Below, piece after piece: positions 57,988 through 64,000 of a stretch of DNA of 64,000 bases (its first letter is position 1; each line of letters opens with the position of its first letter). Below the pieces are notes generated by a model. The model was not told the origin of the DNA. It was given only the letters and a program-made list of their open reading frames with translations, and ran no database searches. This DNA comes from Eledone cirrhosa (taxonomy: Eukaryota): positions 308,636,001 to 308,700,000 of the forward strand of contig OZ024742.1 in NCBI GenBank assembly GCA_964016885.1, in the 5' to 3' direction. Made by a program: the position numbers and the translations under genes.

Positions 57988-60900
57988 CGGCGGATAGTGC
58001 GCTCTGCGAAACAACATCTAACCGCCACTTTTTCATTGAGGACCTGCTGTCAGGTAGAGCTTTTCTGGTTGACACAGGTGCAGCTTGTTCCGTATGGCCT
58101 GTGTGTTGTATGAAGGAGACTCCCTCTGAGACGCCTATTGAGTTGCAGGCAGTAAATTGTTCGCCGATTCGAACTTTCGGACAAATCTCGTTACCTTTGC
58201 AGTTTCGTAATCTGCGGCGCGAGTTTAAATGGATATTTACTGTCGCTGCCTTGCCGTATCCGATTCTAGGCGCGGATTTTCTCCACCATTTTTCATTGAC
58301 GGTGGACCTTCGTGGTAAACGCCTAATTGATGGCACGGGATTAACTGTTGTTGGCAAGGCAGCAGGAGTTCCAACGGTTAACCCGATATTTTTTCTTGCT
58401 AACACCGGTGATCCTTTCCATGCGTTGTTGAACTCGTTCCCGCAACTGACACAGGGGAATTTTCGATTTGATGAACCTACTCATACCACGGAGCACTTCA
58501 TATCTACAACTGGTGCTCCCGTTTTCTCTCGCCCTCGTCGCTTGCCTCCGGACAAACTCGAAGCAGCACGATCAGAGTTTGATCATATGCTGCAAATGGG
58601 GATTATTCGTCCGTCCACGAGCCCGTGGGCGTCCCCATTACACATGGTAGCGAAAGCGAATGGCGATTGGAGACCTACTGGAGATTATCGACGCCTGAAT
58701 TCGATAACGGTACCGGACCGTTATCCTATCCCTCATCTGCAAGACTTTGCGTCTTCGTTGCAGGGATGAAAGATATTCTCCAAACTGGATTTAATTCGTG
58801 CGTACCATCAAATTCCTGTCCATAAAAATGACATTCCAAAAACGGCTATAGTTACGCCATTTGGGTCTTTCGAGTTTTTGACGATGCCGTTCGGATTAAG
58901 GAATGCCGCTAGTACTTTTCAGCGGTTTATGGATGAGGTTACTCGCGGCCTCGATTTCGTCTATACCTATATTGACGATCTGCTCATTGCTAGTTCTTCT
59001 CCAGAGCAGCATACGCACCATTTGAATCTTCTTTTCCGCCGATTGAAGGCGTATAACGTGCAGCTTAATGCACCCAAATGTGTTTTTGGCGCTGAGTCAC
59101 TGACTTTCTTGGGTCACGTCATCGATGCTGACGGAATTCGACCCCGGCCTGAGCGAGTTAAGGTCATAGAGGATTTGCCTCCACCGACCTCACTACGTCA
59201 GTTACGCCAGTTCTTAGGTCTGGTTAACTTTTATAGGCGTTTCGTGCCAAATTGTGCCAAATTGCTTTTCTCCCTGACAGAAATTTTGAAAAATTGTCGG
59301 AGGAAGAACAAAGATATTTCTTTGACAGACACTCAACTTGCTGATTTTCAGCACGCCAAAACTGTTTTGGCTAATGCTTCGTTACTGACTCACCCGGTAC
59401 CCGGTGCAAAGCTAACGCTTTGTGTTGATGCATCGGATATCGCTGTGGGCGCAGTACTACAGCAAAACATCAATGGTTACCAGAAACCGCTGGAGTTTTT
59501 TTCCAAAAAGCTAATTCCTGCTGAGACGCGCTACTGCACCTTTGGAAGAGAGCTTTTAGCCATCTATTTGGCCGTGAAACATTTTTCACATGTGCTAGAG
59601 GGTAGACAATTTACTATCCTCACTGACCATAAACCATTGACTTTTGCTTTGAGAGCGAAGGCTGATAAATACTCACCCAGAGAGACGAGACACCTTGATT
59701 TCATCTCGCAATATACGAGTGATATCCAGCACATTCCGGGTTCACTAAATACAGCGGCCGATGCTTTGTCCCGCTTACCCGTGACAGCGATCTCGTCACC
59801 CTCTGACATAGATCTGACTCGTTTGGCTGCGGATCAGCCTCCCCTTGAGTCACTGGATGTCACATCGCCCGAGTTTGCGAATTGCGAGATGAAATACTTG
59901 CCTCTGTCGACTGCAGTTGGCCAAATTCTCTGCGACGTCTCTTTGGACGTGCCTAGGCCCTTCGTTCCAGAGAATCATCGTCGGACCGTGTTTCTGGGAT
60001 TACATTGTATCTCGCATCCAGGATCTTCTGCCACAGCAAAGCTCATATCAGCTAGATTTTTCTGGCCAAATATGAGGCGTGAAATTGCTGCTTGGTGCCG
60101 TTCCTGCGTCGCTTGCCAGAGATCAAAGGTCCATCGACACGTCAAGGCTCCCCTGGGTACCTTTGCTAACCCAGATGCGCGTTTTTCGCATATTCATATT
60201 GACATAGTGGGACCTTGGCCTGTCAGCGATGGTTTTTCTTATCTACTTACTGTCATTGACCGTTTTTCGAGATGGCCTGAGGCCATCCCCTTGAAAAACA
60301 TCACCGCGGAGACAACAGCACATGCTCTTGTGTCTGGATGGATCTCTCGTTATGGAGTTCCATCCACAATAACTACCGACCGTGGACGACAGTTCGAGTC
60401 GAGCCTTTTCCTCGAGCTGTCAAAAATAATTGGTGCTAAACGCATTCGAACTACGGCATACCATCCCGCTTCGAATGGTATGGTGGAGTGTTTTCACCGC
60501 CAACTGAAGGCCTCCTTAATGGCCTCAATGGACTCGGCGCATTGGAGCGAGTACCTCCCTATTGTGCTACTAGGGATTCGGTCAACGGTGAAGGTCGACT
60601 TTGGATTTTCACCGGCCGAAGTACTGTACGGTGCCCCTCTGACGTTGCCCGGGCAAATGCTTGCCCCTATCGATCTTGATGCCCAAGATCACGCTTCCTA
60701 CGTGTCCCGTTTGCGCTCCTATTTCCAGGATTTGCCGCCAATGGACACTAGGAAACAAACTGTCAAGACTGCTGTCCCGAGGGATATTGCCTCGTGGACG
60801 CATGTCTTTGTAAGGAATGATACGGTGAAGCCCCCGCTCACACAGCCTTACACTGGACCTTACCGTGTCTTAGCGCGCTCGGCTAAGCATTTCACGTTAG

Positions 60901-61142
60901 ATATTAAGGGGTCCAGGGTGACAGTTACATTAGACAGGCTTAAGCAGGCGCACCTTGATACGGACGCTGTGGTTCCTGATCCACGAACCCCTTCGTATTT
61001 GCCTGTTGAGCGAACGACTGTTCCTGATACACCATCATCGCCTGTCCCTACACCACCACCATCGCCACGTTACAAGACCACGACCCGTTCAGGTCGTAGG
61101 GTCCACTGGCCCAAAAAACTTTGCAGCACCGTCTATATTTAG
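57951..61142 (+). CDS. pol: Pol (protease, RT, RNase H, integrase) in the -1 frame, with one in-frame TGA at 58767-58769
   Basis: [65 protein letters not shown]; slippery G_GGA_AAA at 57963-57969 in the Gag frame. Confidence 0.92.
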
Positions 61143-61372
61143 ACTATGTTAGCTGCACCTTTTTTTTGGCCTCTGTGTTTCTGCTTTTTCTTTGCCTTGT
61201 TTTTTTTTATGCATGCATGTCGTTTTTTTTTTTTAGCATTTTTCAAATCCTTATTCTGGATTCAATTTTTGCTAGAGCGGATAGCTTCCCCTTGTTGCAT
61301 TGTTCGCCATCTTACTCCACATGTGAGTAATGACATCGATTTTCGATAATTTGAAAATCTGGCTCGAGGTAC

Positions 61373-61598
61373 TGTAGTAAGACGCCTCACGCTCCTTGAT
61401 AGAACAACGCCGGTTGAGAACGCCAGAAAGAAAAGACAGACAGCCACTGGAAAGCCGACGGATCACACGCCAGATACCAGCCTCTGTACAACACCATTGT
61501 TTGTGCTACAACAAAAAATAAACGTATATTTCATCTCTAATTTCTGCTGTTATTATGTCACTTGCATCTCGATAACATCTACAACTAATACTGCTAAA
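61373..61598 (+). repeat. 3' LTR
   Basis: 225/226 identical to the 5' LTR. Confidence 0.93.
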
Positions 61599-61619
61599 TA
61601 GACTTAATTCTGTGTGGTG

Positions 61620-61930
61620 GAATGAAATGGGCCTTTGTCGGTTACAGCGATGTGTGTCCTATTGTTTGATCAATAGAACGGTTTCTCAAATACATGTCTA
61701 TGCTCGAAATTGAAACGTTGGTCTGTATGCATCAGTTTCTGCCATCAAGGGGCTGTTTTCCGATAGCCATTTCTGTTTTCCAAAAGACATTCTAGAGTAG
61801 GCCAACTGTATACTTAGCCCCTCTCTTCGTATAGCCTCGCGTTTAGCAGCAATTGCACTTTCATTGAAGTTTGGTGTCTTCAAGAGACGTCTAGGAATAA
61901 ATATTCCTTTCCTTGAGTTTAGGGCCCTTC
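61620..61930 (-). mobile_element. Old Penelope-like remnant (RT-EN linker)
   Basis: KTPNFNESAIAAKREAIRREGLSIQLAYS aligns with [29 protein letters not shown] at ~45.65 kb. Confidence 0.6.
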
Positions 61931-62431
61931 TGGCGACTCATACACAATCAGGTCCTTAAGTTGCAATCGGGGCACAAACTCAGCATTATCTCTAATCAAC
62001 CCTCAACACACATATAATGGCTAAATTATTTCGAAGATTTCAATAAAATTTCATATGTTGATATGTATTCAATCGATATTTCTGATTAATATTGTGCGAT
62101 TGCTCCGAAATTATTTGCTAAGAGAAAAGATCAAACAGAAGAATTGATAGGTTGAATAATAAGGGCCAGAAACAAGGAGTATGTTTTGGTTGAAGAATAG
62201 GTTCTAGGAGCGAGCAGAGAAATTTATAAGTTGAATAATAAGGAATAGGTGATTTGAGTTTTTATTGGTTGAATAATAGGGAACAGGAACTAAGAATATT
62301 TATTGTTTGGATAAAAGAGGACAGGAATTGATAGATGAATTTATTGGCTGAATAATAGGAGCGAGAAATTAAGAGTATTTGTTGGTTGAATGGTAGGTAC
62401 CAGGAATAAGCAGAAAAATGTATTGGTTAAA

Positions 62432-63150
62432 TACAGTGTGTCAGAAAAGTAATAGGACTTAGTGTGTCGTGTGAGCTATGAGTGAGGCAGGGTTTAGTGG
62501 GTTACGTCACCGTGTGACGTAATAACCGAGTATATAACTGTGATCTCAGCACTCTGCAGCCACCGAATGCTTTTTCACGTGCTTTTGTTAACAGCTTCTC
62601 AATTTTAGGCCGTCGAGTGATGTGCACAGAGCAATGAACCAATCTGAAATTTCTGGTAGGGAAATCTCTGCCAAAAGTACTCGGAATACTGCAGCAAGTG
62701 CACTGAAATGAGATGATGTCGCATTCCCGGGTTTTCGAGTGGCGCAAAAGATTCAAAGAGGGACGGGGCAGGAGGACGTAGATGACGACGTCAGGAACAG
62801 AAGGCCTTCAACGAGCAGGACTGAGGTCAACGTTTAGCGCATGAGGCAGGTGGTGCGCGGCGACTGTTTGACTGATCACAAGTGAGCTGGGCATGAACCG
62901 CGATAGTGTTTGGAAGATTATCTCAGAGGATTTGGGCATGCCAAAGATCTGCGGGAAGATGCTACCGAAGTTGCTGAACGACGACCAGATGGAGCGGCCA
63001 TGCAGGTCTGTCAGGACATCCTCGAGCGTCTTAAAACCGAACCAGACTTTTTCCTGGAGAGCTTGGAGACATGGCGGAGAAGGATGAGCAAGCGCATTTG
63101 ACTCGAGGGGAATTATTTCAAAGAGGAAAACTTGGATTTAGTAGTGTGGA
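62432..63150 (+). mobile_element. Internally deleted mariner transposon remnant
   Basis: TA-CAGTGTGTCAGAAAAGTAATAGGACT left end; peptides RVFEWRKRFKEG, RPSTS, SVWKIISEDLGMPKICGKMLPKLL fused to C-terminal WRRRMSKRI.LEGNYFKE; catalytic DDD region missing. Confidence 0.8.
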
Positions 63151-63185
63151 TTTATATATATATATATATATAAACCGGACGTAAA

Positions 63186-63605
<420 letters not shown>

Positions 63606-64000
63606 CACCTCGTAAAATTATTGCAATAACAAATATATAAGTTTACTTTTTTTTTTGTTTTTCGTCTTTTATTTTTTCGTTTTTTATTTGAAAGATGTAT
63701 TCAAAGGGGTTTACATGTTGAGTATAGATTTTTATTTTAATGATTAAAACAGCGTTTCCCCCACAGGGTCCGTGTCGCCCTCTAAGTGAGAAGAGCATCG
63801 CTTAAAGTTACGAGAGAGCAGTGTATAGTATTATTTTACAGGGAGGCGTTTAAAGATTTGAGAGGGATAGAGAAAAGATCTGCATATCATAATTAGTGGA
63901 ATGAAGATAACGAAAGAACAACAGACAAGACTGTTAATTTAGACAGGATTTTAATAGATTTTTAAAAAGCATTATATTAAAACGTTTGGTTTAAAACTGT

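Larger units (their letters stand above)
56112..61598 (+). mobile_element. Full-length Ty3/gypsy LTR retrotransposon (CsRn1/Kabuki/Boudicca-like)
   Basis: 226-bp LTRs differing at 1 position, TAGA target duplication, tRNA-Trp-like PBS, CHCC Gag, PR-RT-RH-IN order. Confidence 0.95.

Noticed and set aside
57812-58405. Antisense ORFs within the gypsy element
   Set aside because: Shadow ORFs of gag/pol

Overview
AT-rich, repeat-dense eukaryotic DNA with no host gene that I can support. The SINE and microsatellite content resembles octopod cephalopod genomes, but this is an inference. Most ORFs in the track are artefacts of (TA)n, (TG)n, (ACY)n or CT-rich low-complexity sequence. Recognisable elements: a young, nearly intact Ty3/gypsy LTR retrotransposon of the CsRn1/Kabuki/Boudicca type (56112-61598); two divergently oriented Penelope-like (GIY-YIG) retroelements (44.3-48.9 kb); RTE and R4-like LINE fragments, including one TSD-flanked RTE with an inverted 5' end; mariner, hATm-like and Helitron-like remnants; and about 20 tRNA-derived SINEs. 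The main observation lies between about 31.9 and 50.2 kb. Here (TA)n-embedded tandem or inverted non-coding modules carry at least 10 type-I hammerhead-ribozyme motifs from about 6 sequence families. These include two diverged families with ~524 and ~534-bp tandem monomers whose hammerhead stems co-vary and which share an unusual C.A pair at the base of stem II. They are a candidate set of Penelope-mobilised retrozyme or circular-RNA elements. All RNA structures were inferred by eye and need testing.
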